From Scyliorhinus canicula (taxonomy: Eukaryota): a stretch of DNA of 64,000 nucleotides. The notes under the pieces were generated by a model that was not told the origin of the DNA, made no database searches, and saw nothing but the letters and a program-made list of their open reading frames with translations. This document shows positions 36,772 through 49,481 of this stretch, one piece after another (the stretch's first letter is position 1; each line of letters starts with the position of its first letter). The position numbers and the translations under genes were made by a program. The stretch lies in assembly GCF_902713615.1 (NCBI RefSeq), contig NC_052146.1, positions 68,963,238 through 69,027,237 on the forward strand. The letters are read 5' to 3'.

Positions 36772-39700
36772 ACATTTATGATTTAATAATGTAATTTGTT
36801 TTATACAAAAATATCAAACCAAACTGAGCCAGTAACCAACCTGTTAGAAACCTCCTATTGAATTGAGTTTCAGCCAAACCATTACTATTCTTGGCAAGTA
36901 AAGATCGACCATTCCAGAATTTGCTGCTTTTTTGCACTAGTTTGGCATAAAATTGGTGATTTGATTGTGAAAGGTCAAATGTTTGGTTTGGTAGGAAATT
37001 AAAATAATGTCACAGTTGGCAGTCAATTGGCTCCTCTTGGGGCCAGCCAAGAGGGAGTTTTTCTCTACAATCTACTTAGGCTGTACCCAAGCTGCAAATG
37101 CTGGTAATCTGAAATGAATTATATTCTATTCCCCGGTACTAATGTTTGTTGCCTTCAGAATTCAATAGGGAAAAAGTAAAATGAACCTCTGCTTAATTGT
37201 CGCAGCTTTCCAGGCATTTGTTTTCTGGACCTGATGTGCAGAAGGAGGCCATTTGGCTCATTGGGTCTGCATCGGCCCTTGGAAAGAGCATGAAGCCCAC
37301 ACCTCCACCCTATCCCCATGACTCAGTAACCCAACCTAACCTTTTTGGACACTAGGGGCAATTTAGAATGGCCAATCCTCCAAACCTGCACATCTTTGGA
37401 ATGTGGGAGGAAACTGGAGTATCCGCAGGAAACTCATGCAGACACTGGGAGAATGTGCAGACTCCGCACAGACAGTAATCCAAGCCGGCAATCAAACCTG
37501 GGACCCTGGAGATGTGAAGCAACAGTGCTAATCACTGCTACCGTGCCGCGCCGAGTTAGCGTTTGCCATTAAACTTGAACTGTTTTGAAACCTTACATTT
37601 TATAATCCCAACAGTCTTTGTCCCATGAGCAGTCTGGAAGATAGTGCTATCTGGAGCAATGAGCTTAAGTTACAGTCAAAGTTGATGTAGCACTGCAAAA
37701 TTTGAGGTAGGTGTGTCAGAAAACAAATGTACAGAAGAAAGCACAGACCCGAGCAGAGGTGGATTTAGGCTTTTGGGACTCACACTCTCCTGTTTTCCAG
37801 GGGCCCATGCCCTGCCCTCTGACATAAATGCTTGGCGTAGAATCCAAAACCACTGCTTGGCACACTACTGTAGGGCTCTGTCTTGTGACAACAACAATTT
37901 TGTACTAGTTGATCAATAGAATAACAAGTCTACTTGTTGTCAGCATGGCGGTTGTAAGGAACCCTTTCGTGAATCCTCATTAGATCTTGTTTCCCTTTAA
38001 TTCTTGTTCTTTTGGCAGTAAAACCTCCTGCACCTGGGCCTTTTTCTGCGGCTTGCTCCTTTAATTTAAAAAAAACAAGTGCCGGATGTGCTGACATCAG
38101 CTATGACCCATTCTGACAGGCTTAGCCAGCAGCCAATCTGCTCTCCTAGAATTCTGGGACAACCTCTGTTGTAGATTGTGATTGGTGGAACCCTTTAGAA
38201 GTTCCCAGAAAGACAGGCTGGCTCTCCAGTTTCGGTTTTGTCCTGAGAAGGGAACTGGGCTGACACCTGTGAAATAGCTCTCCCAGAAAGGCTGAAGTGA
38301 GCAGATCTGGACAGTCTAGTAGTCCTGTGAAGGTTTAACTTCTGATAGGGTGGCGCAGTGGTTATCGTTGTGGGGGGTAATACCCACACAAACAGTAAAG
38401 AAAACTTCTGACGGAAAGACTGCAATCAGTAGCCAGGTCTGTGAAAGTTTAAATCTCTGTTGGAAAGGCTGGTGATTAAAAAACCCTCCAGCCTAGCCTA
38501 TGAGTGCTTCCCTTCTGATTAAAAGCCTGGGAGATGAAACTGATTTTCCTCAACTGGTGGCTTACTCTACCGTTCCAGTCCAATACTATCTGAAGGAAGT
38601 GGGGAGCTTTTTAGAAAACTATTTGAAATCCTTAGGTGAAAGACTCAAATATTGTTTGTGAGTCAGAGAGCCAATCTAATGGAGGTCATTCAACTGAAGG
38701 TGACTCCCCAGAGAATTCTACAGCCTGCATGTTCTAATATCAGATCCAAAACAACAGATGATTTTAACACTTTTTTGACCATGGAAGACTGCTGGCTACA
38801 AATACCACTACTTCAGCAGCAAAGAACCATCTCACTCCCCTTTTAATTCCTGTTATTTTCAATCCTTTCCCTATCCCCACTGTATGTGTCTGGGTGGAGG
38901 GTGGGAGGGGGTTTGGGAAATAATTAGATTAGCAGATCATTGTTCCATTCTTACCATTATATCTTTGCCTTTTACTCTGGTTATAAATAAACAGTTTTAT
39001 GAATAATTTAATTCCAAATCTGGTACCTGTGACACATTGGAGCAGTCAAGGATCAAAGATATCAGGAAAATACATGAATGATTGGTGAATTCTCTTGGTT
39101 AAGACTCCGGAGTCTGTGGGGCTGGAATTGACTGCGCACTCACCCAGGGTGCCGTAACACGGTAGATATAGTCAATGTTGTGATGTCTGTGTCTTGAGGC
39201 TAGCAAACATGAACTGGCTGAGTAACAGGTGGGCCAGGGGGCACCACGATGGCGCAGTGGTTAGCATTGCTGCCTATGGCGCTGAGGACCCGGGTTTGAA
39301 TCCTGGCCCTGGGTCACTGTCTGTGTGGAGTTTGCACATTCTCCCCGTGTCTGCGTAGGTTTCTCTCCACAACCCAAAGATGTGCAGGTTAGGTAGAATG
39401 GCCACGCTAAATTTTGTTCTTTTTTTAAAAAATAAATTTGTCAGGCATGATTTCCCCTTCAGGAAGCCACGCTGTCTCCAATTGTTCTCCAATTAAGGGG
39501 CAATTTAATGTGCCCAATTGACCTACCCTGCACATCTTTGGGTTGTGGGGGCGAAACCCACGCAGACATGGGGAGAATGTGCAAACTCCACACGGATAGT
39601 GACCCAGAGCCGGGATTGAACCTGGGACCTCGGTGCCGTGAGGCAGCAGGGCTAACCCACTGTGCTGCCCATTGGCCATGCTAAATTGCCCCTTAAATTG

Positions 39701-39889
39701 GGAAGAAAAAAAAAATTGGTAAATTTATTTTTTAAAAAACAGGCAGGCCAGAAAAAGTCCAGTGTGGGAGCAAATACTCCAATGAAGTGTAATGTCCAGT
39801 CCAAGACTAATATCGGTGGTTTTGCTGACAGTTATCTGGCAGCATTCCATTCTTTAATTGTCCAGAAGAGTAAGGAGAGATTTTCTGAA

Positions 39890-42720
39890 TGCCAGTAAAG
39901 AGCAACGGGGGATGATGGTTACTCACCGGTTATAATTGTGTGTGTGACCACCAGCCATTATCTCAGACCAGCATATGTTATCACTTGAACAGAATTTAGA
40001 CTGAGAACAAGGTAGAGGGACAGACTTTTTAGATTTTCTTCCTTTAGTTGTTTGCAATCTTCGGCGTCTTAGATGGTTTTTCAGTACTTTTTCTTCAGTT
40101 AGCACTTGCGTTGTCAAAGGTAAAATATTGTATGGATGCATTTTCAATTGCCAATATTACTGAACTTGCTGAATGTTCCTTACTCATTGTACTTCTCAAA
40201 TACTTTACTCTTTCCAAACAAACAAAGAACACACAGCAGAAGCATTTGAGATAGGTATTGTTAAAAGGCTCTTCAGAATGGTTTCCACATTTGGAAAGGT
40301 TACCTGAAAACCATCACATACTAGTCTATACAAATCAGCTGGTTATCTCAAAGCACAGAGCCCGTCATTATCAATGAAATTAATGAATCGTTTCACTTCA
40401 TCTTCAGAAAGATGTGCCTGTGTCCTCTCAGTAGCTCTTAAATTCTCATCCAAACTTTTTTGTCGAAAAGCACGAAATAATTCAACAGTCTTCCTCAGAG
40501 ATTTACTTTTTAAAAATAAATTTAGAGTACCCAATTATTTTTTCCAATTAAGGGGCAATTTAGTGTGGCCAATCCACCTAACCTGAACATCTTTGGGTTG
40601 TGGGGGCGAAACCCACGCAGACACGGGGAGAACATGCAAACTCCACACAGACAGTGACCCAGGGCCAGGATTTGAACCCTGGCCCTCAGCGCCGTAGGCA
40701 GCAATGCGAACCACTGTTCCACCGTGCTGCCCCAGAGATTCACTTTTACTCTGCAATTACACTATTATAGTGTCACAAATAACATTGGCAGTCTCGATTA
40801 TATTCTTTTTCCCTTTATCTCTAATGCCAGCAAATAATAACGTCAGTAAATAATAATAATGTCTTGTATACTTTTCATCAGAGGGACGTACATTTGCTGA
40901 TGTTAGTGCCTCTGCTTCCACTAAGGTATAGCCATTTGGAACTTCTGTGACAAAACATCTATCTGAGGGTAATAATTGTGAAGCATTCAATAAAGTTCTA
41001 TCACATTTTAGTATTTGAACAATTTGCTGGCAACATTAATTCTTTGAAGTGAATGGTTCCACAAAACAGTAAAAATGGCAATTTTATACTTTTCAGACTT
41101 CTTTGCTAAGGAATTTGCTGACTTTCACACGTGGTTTCTCTGAATTTGATGCTGCCGTGTGATAAGCATTCCTTTATATCAACAAAGTTCATTCTAACAG
41201 CCAAAACAGCATCTACGTGAATGGAACAGCTGGTGTCACAAATTCTTTTGACTGTCAAATGTATTCCATGTGCCTGCTCCAAGCGTGATTGCAGCATATT
41301 TCACTGATGCATGGAAATGGAAAAGGCATACAAGTTTTGAAAAAGGGCAAAAAAAACAGCTGCCTCACACGGTTCAGCTGCTGCATTGCAGATTCAATTA
41401 AAGGAATGACTGGAAAATGGGATGAATAATGCATTGTGGCTTGTATTTTTCAGTCTTGCTTGTTGACATGAATATTTTCCTGCTATATTTGTGGCATCAA
41501 TTTTTGATGTCCAAACCTAAATTTAAAATTCAATCCAAAACCATCTCCAGGCACTCAGTGTGGGGTTGTAGCTGGACAAAACTGAAAAATAGCTCTACAA
41601 CTTCAACGCTGGTCACATATCTTAAAATTAATGTTAATTGGCCCACATGACTCAAATCTGGTGTTGAATCAACTATTGTGCAAGTAGTAATTGGCATCTT
41701 TGACTTCATTAGTGAATTGGTTTCTGCACCGCTCTGCCTTTATAAGAATGTAATCGTAGGTTCAGTCCATATAAAAAGTTGGTCTTTCCTGAGCCACAAT
41801 ATTGATAACTTTTCAGATGTTCTTGAGAAGCAGGCTAAAAAAATTACCTCTTCGACTCATTGCGTACTCTTAAGAAGTAGTCCCAAGGAAGGTAGCAGTT
41901 TGACCATGACAACACAACTCAACATTTCCTCCTCCAGTAATTTCTCTCTTTTTCAAACTAAGCTGATAATGCAGAATCAATTCTTCCAGATCATTTACAT
42001 TTTTTAATGCACAGATAACCTTAATATGACTTTTGGAAGTTTCATGATCAATATCTCTTCCAATATTTCTCCAGTTAGACTACCCATCAACAAATGATTG
42101 TTTCCCTTTAGTCTGGGCAGGGAGTAGTTTGCAAATGTAACAGTAGACTGCCTTAGAGGTTTCTGAAAAATTGACCCCATCATGCCATTTCTCCTCATCC
42201 TCTGAAAATGGTATTCAGGAAGACATCTAAAACTGCTTTCAGTCTCCCAACTCTTCTCACATTTTCCATGTTACCGATGGTCTCTGGTCTATTTATTATA
42301 AAATATTCAATCATACCCAGTGGAACAGAGTTTGACCATAAGGCAATGTTTTCAGGGTAGGTTTCTTCCCTCACTTCAGCAGCAGAAGAACAATGAGCTT
42401 GAGCAGTATCTTGTAGTTCCATTCCCATTTCAGAGTCCACATCCTGTTCATGTTTTTCAGATGATGCGTTTTCTCTGGATATCAGCAGGTTGAAGTCATC
42501 AGACAAGTCACCAAAACATTTAGTGGATGTTGTTGAGGGTGTATGTGCAGTTTGGGCACCTCAATACTTCAAACCTTTTAAAGTAAAGTGCCAAACTGTC
42601 TTTTTGTCTGGCTTCGTCGTCTTGACCTTCCTGTGTTTTTGACTGCCAAATGCATAAGCGGCTCTGAATATTGACAGGAGATAGTATGTCTTCATTTCAA
42701 CGATTCAGAACAAGTCTTCA
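39890..42720 (-). mobile_element. Decayed hAT DNA transposon (ZMYM1-like transposase), with a nested SINE (40515-40732)
   Basis: The - strand gives IVDSTPDLSHVGQL (about 41680-41640) and the dimerisation-domain remnant KYLRSTMSKEHSASSVILAIEN (about 40200-40140); many stop codons. Confidence 0.7.
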
Positions 42721-43329
42721 GAATCTTCAGCCAGACCAAATGTCAGAAACCTGACTGCTGCTTTGCATCTTTACTCAATGAAAGTTTAGAAACTTCACAT
42801 CAGTTCAGGAAATCAGTGTCTGAACTGCTTTAAGTCTCCACCACCTCTCAGCATCTGTCAAACTGTTTTCCTGTTCTAAAGGGGTGTCCACTAATCCAAG
42901 CCTGATGTTTTGTATTGCCTGCTGATAAGCTCAAGAATGAGCTTATTAGCAAATTTAGAGGTATGAAGGCTCTGATTGGTGTTCCCATAGTGTTCACACC
43001 ACGACAGTCACCTCTCATATGGGGACCCCTCTCATTGACTGGGACCAAATACTGCAGGTGTGTTTCATTGAAAATCCACCTCTGGCTCCAAGCCAATATT
43101 TGGAATTAGTTCTTAACTCAACAGAGCTAGATATTACTGTGCAAATGTTCTTGATGCTGAATAAATGTTGATAACTCCATCTGCATTAATGTTGTGTTTG
43201 TGCGAGTTAGACATGGTCATTGTTTGACCTCCTCAGGCTGAGGAGGAACCCAACATCAGTACCTGTGGAAAGTGCCAACCATAACTGCAGGGATTATGAA
43301 ATGTTTCAGTGAAAAACAAAATGGTGATA

Positions 43330-45680
43330 ATCCCTCAAACTATAACCCCTAGTTCTGGATTCCCCCACCATTTCTGAATCTTACCTGTCTAATCTTGTTG
43401 GAATTTTACGGGTTTCTATGATATCCCCCCTCACTCTAAAGTCCAATGAATATAATCCTAACCAATTTATTCTCTCATTTTATGACAGTCCTGCCATCCC
43501 AGGAATCAGCCAGGTAAACTTTAGCTCAGTACTTCCACAACAAGAACATCCTTCCTTAGATAAGAACACCAAAACTGCACACAAAACCTCAGGTGTGGCT
43601 TCACCAGTACCCTGTACAATTGTAGTAAAACATCTCTATTCCTATATTCAAATTGTCTCGCTATGAAGGCCAACATACCGTTTGCCTTCTTTACTGCCTG
43701 CTGTACCTACATGCTTACTTTCAGCAACTGATGTACGAGGACACCAAGATCTCGCTGAGTACCCACTTCTCTCAATTTACACCCATTCAAATAATAATCT
43801 GCCTTCCTATTTTTACTACTGAAGCAGATAACTTCACATTTATCCACATTATACTGCATCTGCCACACATGTGCCCACTCACTCAGCCTGCCCAAATCCC
43901 TGCATCTCTGCATCCTCCTCACAGTTCACCCTCCCAACCAACTTTGTTTCATCTGCAAACTTGGAGATAATACTTCTAGTTCACTTGTCCAAGTCATTAA
44001 TATATAATATGAATAGTTGAGGGTCCCAGCATAGATCCTTGCGGTACCCCACTAGTTACTGCCTGCCAATCAGAAAAAGAACCATTTATTCCAACTTTTT
44101 CTTTCCTATTTGCTAACCAGCTCTCTATCCACCTCAACTCGCCACCCATGTGAGCAGCAAGGTGACGCAGTGGTTAGCATTGCTGCCCCACGGCGCCAAG
44201 GTCCCAGGTTTGATCCCGGCTCTGGGTCACTGTGTGGAGTTTGCACTTTCTCCCCATGTTTGCGTGAGTTTCGCCCCCACAACCCAAAAATATAGAGAGT
44301 AGGTGGATTGGCCACGCTAAATTGCCCCTTGATTGGAAAGAAAGGAATTGGGTACTCTAAATTTATATTAAAAAAAAGACGCTGCCTGTAATCCCATGTG
44401 CTTTCATTTTACATAATAATCAGCTGTGTGAGACCTTGTCAAAAGCCTTCTAAAAGTCTAAATAAACTACATCCACCAGTTCTCCCCGGTCAACTCTACT
44501 AGTTACATCCTCAAAGAATTCTAGAAGATTTGTCAAGCATGATTTTCCTTTTGTAAATCCATTTATTTTTAGAGTACCCAATACTTTTTTCCAATTAAGA
44601 GGCAATTTAGCGTGGCCAACCCACCTACCCTGCACATCTTTGGGCTGCAGAGGTAAGTCCACGCAGACAAGGAGAATATGCAAATTTCACATGGTTAGTG
44701 ATCCGGGACCGCGATCGAACCCTGATCCTCAGCGCCGTGAGGCAGCAGTGCTAACACAGAACCACCATGCCACCCTAAATCCATGCTGACTTTGTCTGAT
44801 TATACCACTGCTTTTCAAATGCTGTACTATGAAATCTTTTGTTAATTGACTCTCGCAATTTTCCTACTACTGACTTTAGGCTCACTGGTGTATAGTTCCC
44901 AGTTTTCTCTCTACCTCCCTTTCTGAATAGCGGGGTTACATTCACTACCCTCCAATTGGGCAGCATGGTAGCACAGTGGTTAAACTGTTGCTTCACAGCG
45001 CCAGGGACACGGGTTCCCAAATCCCAGCTTGGGTCATTGTCTGTGTGGAGTCTGCACGTTCTCCCCATATCTGCGTGGGTTTCCTCCAGGTGCTCCAATT
45101 TCCTCACACAAGTCCCGAAAGAAGTGCTTGTTAGGTGAATTGGATATTCTGAATTCTCCCTCTGTACCCAAACAGGTGCCGTAGTGTGGCGACTCGGGGA
45201 TTTTCAGAGTAACTTCATTGCAATGTTAATGTATGCCTACTTGTGACACTAATAAAGATTATTATTATTACTATTTGTAGGCACCAATCCAGAGTTCAAA
45301 GGATTTTGGAAAATGACCACCAATAGATCTACTATTTCAAGGACCACTTCCTTAAGTACCCTGGGAAGATTATCAGGCCTGGACATTTGTCAGCTATCAA
45401 TCCTATTAATTTCCCCCAAACCATTTCTTTACTAATCCTACTTTCCTTCAGCTCCTCACTAAAACTTGTTCAAGTCTTCAAGTCTTCTTTTGTGAAGACA
45501 GAAGCAAAGTACAAATTTAGTTCCTCAGCCATTTCTTTGTTCCATTATAAATTGCCCCATTTCTGACTAAGGGGACATTAGTTTTGAATCAATCTTTTTC
45601 CCTTTACATACCTATAGAAATTTTTACAGTCAGTTTTTATGTTCCCCGCTAGTTTACTTTCAAATTGTATTTTCCCCTCT
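43330..45680 (-). mobile_element. CR1 ORF2 fragment with several nested SINEs
   Basis: NVTPLFRKG, GKSCLTNL, VYLDF, WQMQYNVDKC. Confidence 0.8.
44958..45270 (+). repeat. tRNA-derived SINE with an (ATT)n tail
   Basis: Same head, ending ...gcctacttgtgacactaataaag(ATT)n; a related copy is at 32574-32848. Confidence 0.8.
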
Positions 45681-48600
45681 TTAAAAATAAATTTAGAGTA
45701 CCCAATTCATTTTTCCAATGAAGTGGAAATTTAGCGTGGCCAATCCACCTATCCTGCACATCTTTGGGTTGTGGGGGCGAAACCCATGCAAACATGGGGA
45801 GAATGTGCAAACATCACATGGACAGTGACCCACAGCCGGGATCAAACCTGGGACAATGGCACCGTGAGCCAGCAGTGCTAACCACTGGACCACCCTTATT
45901 TTCCCTTTTTTTTTTAATTATTTTTTTTTTTCCAATTAAGCGGCAATTTAGCGTGGCCAATCCACCTACCTGCACATCTTTGGCCCATTGAATCTCCACT
46001 GACCCTCTGAAAGAGCATTCTGCCCAGGCCCATGCCCCCGCCCACTCCACCCTGCCCTCCTAACCAAACCTGCATATTTGTGGACATTAAGGGGAAATTT
46101 AACATGGCCAATGCACCTAACATGCACATCTTTGGACTGTGAGAGGAAACCCATGCAGACACGGGGAGAACGTACAAACTCCACACAGACAGTCACCCAA
46201 GGCTGGAATTGAACCCAGGGACCTGGCGCTATGAGGCAGCAGTGCTAACCATGTACTACCCATATTCATGCATTTTCTTCTAGCCTATCTTTGTCTTCAT
46301 GCATTCGATTGGTATCATTTTCACTGCTTGTCACACCTGCAAACTAAGTGCCAATGGAAAATTTTGAAATTTTGTTCTGTATTGAGATATCCATAATTTG
46401 TTTAAATATATGTCAAAAAAGCAATCCTAGCACTGACCCTGGAGCACTACTGTTTGCCAGAGGCCAACCTGAAAAACATAGAACATAGAACAGTACAGCC
46501 CCTTCGGCCCCCAATGTTGTGCCGAGCCATGATCACCCTACTCAAACCCACGCATCCACCCTATACCCGCAACCCAACAACCCTTACTTTTATTAGGACA
46601 CTACGGGCAATTTAGCATGGCCAATCCACCTAACCCGCACATCTTTGGACTGTGGGAGGAAACCGGAGCACCCGGAGGAAACCCACGCACATAGCGGGAG
46701 GACGTGCAGACTCCACACAGACAGTGACCCAGCCGGGAATCGAACCTGGGACCCTGGAGCTGTGAAGCATTTATGCTAACCACCATGCTACCCTGCTGCC
46801 CCTGTAAATAAAAATTAACTAGCAGAGAATGGTTTCGATACAACCATGTACAACTCTATTTTCTGCCCCAAACCTTTTTTTTGGTCCAAGCTGAATCTCC
46901 TTCCCTATTCTATGAGCCTCAATTTTATTAACCAGCTTTTATGCGGTACTTTGTCAAACTCTTGCTTAAATTCGTACTGACAACGTCCATTATATACCTT
47001 CATCAAACTTCTCTTTTACTTCATCAAAAAAAATTAAACTGGGCGGCACGGTGGTGCAGTTGTTAGCACTGTGCATCACGGCACTGAGGACCAGGGTTCG
47101 ATCCAGGACTTGGTTCACTGTCCATGTGGAGTTTGCACATTCTCCCAGTGGGAAAAAAATGAATTGGGTACTCTAGATTTAAAAAAATAATAATAAATTA
47201 GATTAGTCAAACATTATCCACCTTTTATGTATCCATGTTCATAGAATCATAGAATTTACAATGCAGAAGGAGGCCATTCGGCCCATCGGGTCTGCACTGG
47301 CCCTTACAAAGAGCAAGCCACTTAAGCCCACGTATCTACCCTATCCCCACAACCCAGCAACCCCCACTTAACCTTTTTGGACACTAAGGGCAGTTTCTCA
47401 TGGCCAATCCACCTACCGCGCACATCTTTGGACTGTGAGAGGAAACCCATGCAGACACGGGGAGAACGTGCAAACTCCACACAGACAGTCACCCAAGGCC
47501 GGAATTGAACCCAGGGACCTGGCGCTGTGAGGCAGCAGTGCTAACCATGTATACCCATATTCATGCATTTTCATCAATGGTCACAAGGGAGGAAACCGGA
47601 GCACCTGGAGGAAACCCACGCAGACACGGGGAGAATGTGCAGACTCCGCGCAGACAGTGACCCAAGCCGGGAATCGAACCTAGGGCCCAGGAGCTGTGAA
47701 GCAATTGTGCTAACCACTATGCTACCGTGTTGGCTTTTCTAAATTTATTTCTAAATTAAAGTACCCAATTCTTTTTTCCAATTAAGGGGCAATTTAGCGT
47801 GACCAATTCACCTATGCTGCACATGTTTTTTGGTTGTAGGGGTGAGACCCATGCAGACACAGGGAGAATGTGCAAACGCCATATGGACCGGATGGACTAC
47901 CCCCCAGGGTTCTAAAAGGGATAGCTCAGGAGATTGTGGAGGCATGGGTAATGATCTTTCAAGAATCACTGGAGGCAGGAAGGGTCCCTGAGGACTGGAA
48001 AGTGGCTAATGTAACACCACTGTTTAAGAAGGGAGGGTGGCAGAAGACGGGAAATTATAGGCCGGTTAGCCTGACTTTGGTCATTGGTAAGATTTTAGAG
48101 TCCATTATTAAAGATGAGATCACGGAGTACTTGGAAGTGCAAAATAAAATAGGACTGATTCAGTACGGCTTCATCAAGGGGAGGTCATGTTTGACAAATC
48201 TAGGGCAGCACGGTGGTGCAATGGGTAGCACTGCAGCCTCACAGCGCCAAGGTTCCAGGTTCGGCCCTGGCTCTGGGTTACTGCCCATGTGGAGTTTGCA
48301 CATTCTCCCCGTGTTTGCGTGGGTTTCACCCCCACAACCCAAAGATGTGCAGAGTAGGTGGATTGGCCACACTAAATTTGACCCTTAATTGGAAAATTGA
48401 ATTGGGTACTGAAGTAAAAAGCTCACCACTATTCTTAGAATTCCTCCTATAGTCGATAGGTCACTGTAATTCTAAATGGCGATCCAGGGATTCCCTTGTT
48501 TTCTCTAACTCCTAGGCAGACTTAGGTGGATGCCAATCAGGTCAAACTATTATTTCAAGTTATCGTCCGGTAAAACCATATCTTCCCAGGAGCTTTCGTC

Positions 48601-48762
48601 TACTTAGCACTCAGTAGCTTACACACGGGTCCGGCTTGCTAAGTGGAGTAAAGTAAACTTTCTAATAATAATAACCACTCTTTCAGGTTATCAATTTAAA
48701 CTTAACTTTATTTTCAAGTTAAAAAGATAAAACCTACTTTTACAGAAAGGTAAAAAGATCTT

Positions 48763-49481
48763 GGCCGGGATTCTCCCCTACCCGGCGAGGCATGGGGTCT
48801 CGGCGTGTTGGAGTGGCATGAACCACTCCGGCGTCAGGCCACCCCAAAGGTGCGCATGTCTCCTCACCTTTAGGGGCCAAGCCCTCACATTGAGGGGCTA
48901 GGCTCACGCCGGAGTGGTTCCCGCGCCGCCCACTGGCGTGAACGGCCTTTGGCGCCATGCCAGCCGGGGCCGAAAGGACTTCGCCGGCCGGCGTAAGTCT
49001 GCGCATGTGCCTGAGCGTCAGCGGCTGCTGATGTCATACCGGTGCATGCGCAGGGGAGGGTGTCTCTTCCGCCTCCGCCATTGTGAAGACCATGGCGAAG
49101 GCGAAAGAAAAAGATTGCCCCCACGGCACATGCCCGCCCGCCGATCGGTGGGTCCTGATCGCAGGCCAGGCCACCGTGGGAGCGCCCCCCGGGGTCAGAT
49201 CGCCCCGCGCCCACCCCAGGACTCCGTTCCCCCCCCCGCGCCGCCAATCCCGCCGGTAAGGTAGGTGGTTTAATCCACGCCGGCGGAAGAGGCCTGTCAG
49301 CGGTGGGACTTCAGTCCATCGCGGGCCGGAGAATCGCCGCGGGGGGCCCGCCGACCGGCACGGCGCAATTCCCGCCCCCACCAAATCGCGGGTAGCGGAG
49401 AATTCAGGACACGGCTGGGGCGGGATTGACGCCGGCCCCGGCCGATTCTCCGACCTGGCGGGGAGTCGGAGAATCCTGCCC
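48763..49481. mobile_element. GC-rich MITE, PIF/Harbinger-like
   Basis: TIRs GGCCGGGATTCTCC and GGAGAATCCTGCCC; 3-bp TSD CTT; no coding capacity. Confidence 0.72.

Noticed and set aside
39890-42720. Domesticated ZMYM/ZBED-like gene
   Set aside because: Numerous stop codons, frameshifts and a SINE insertion mark it as a decayed hAT transposase.
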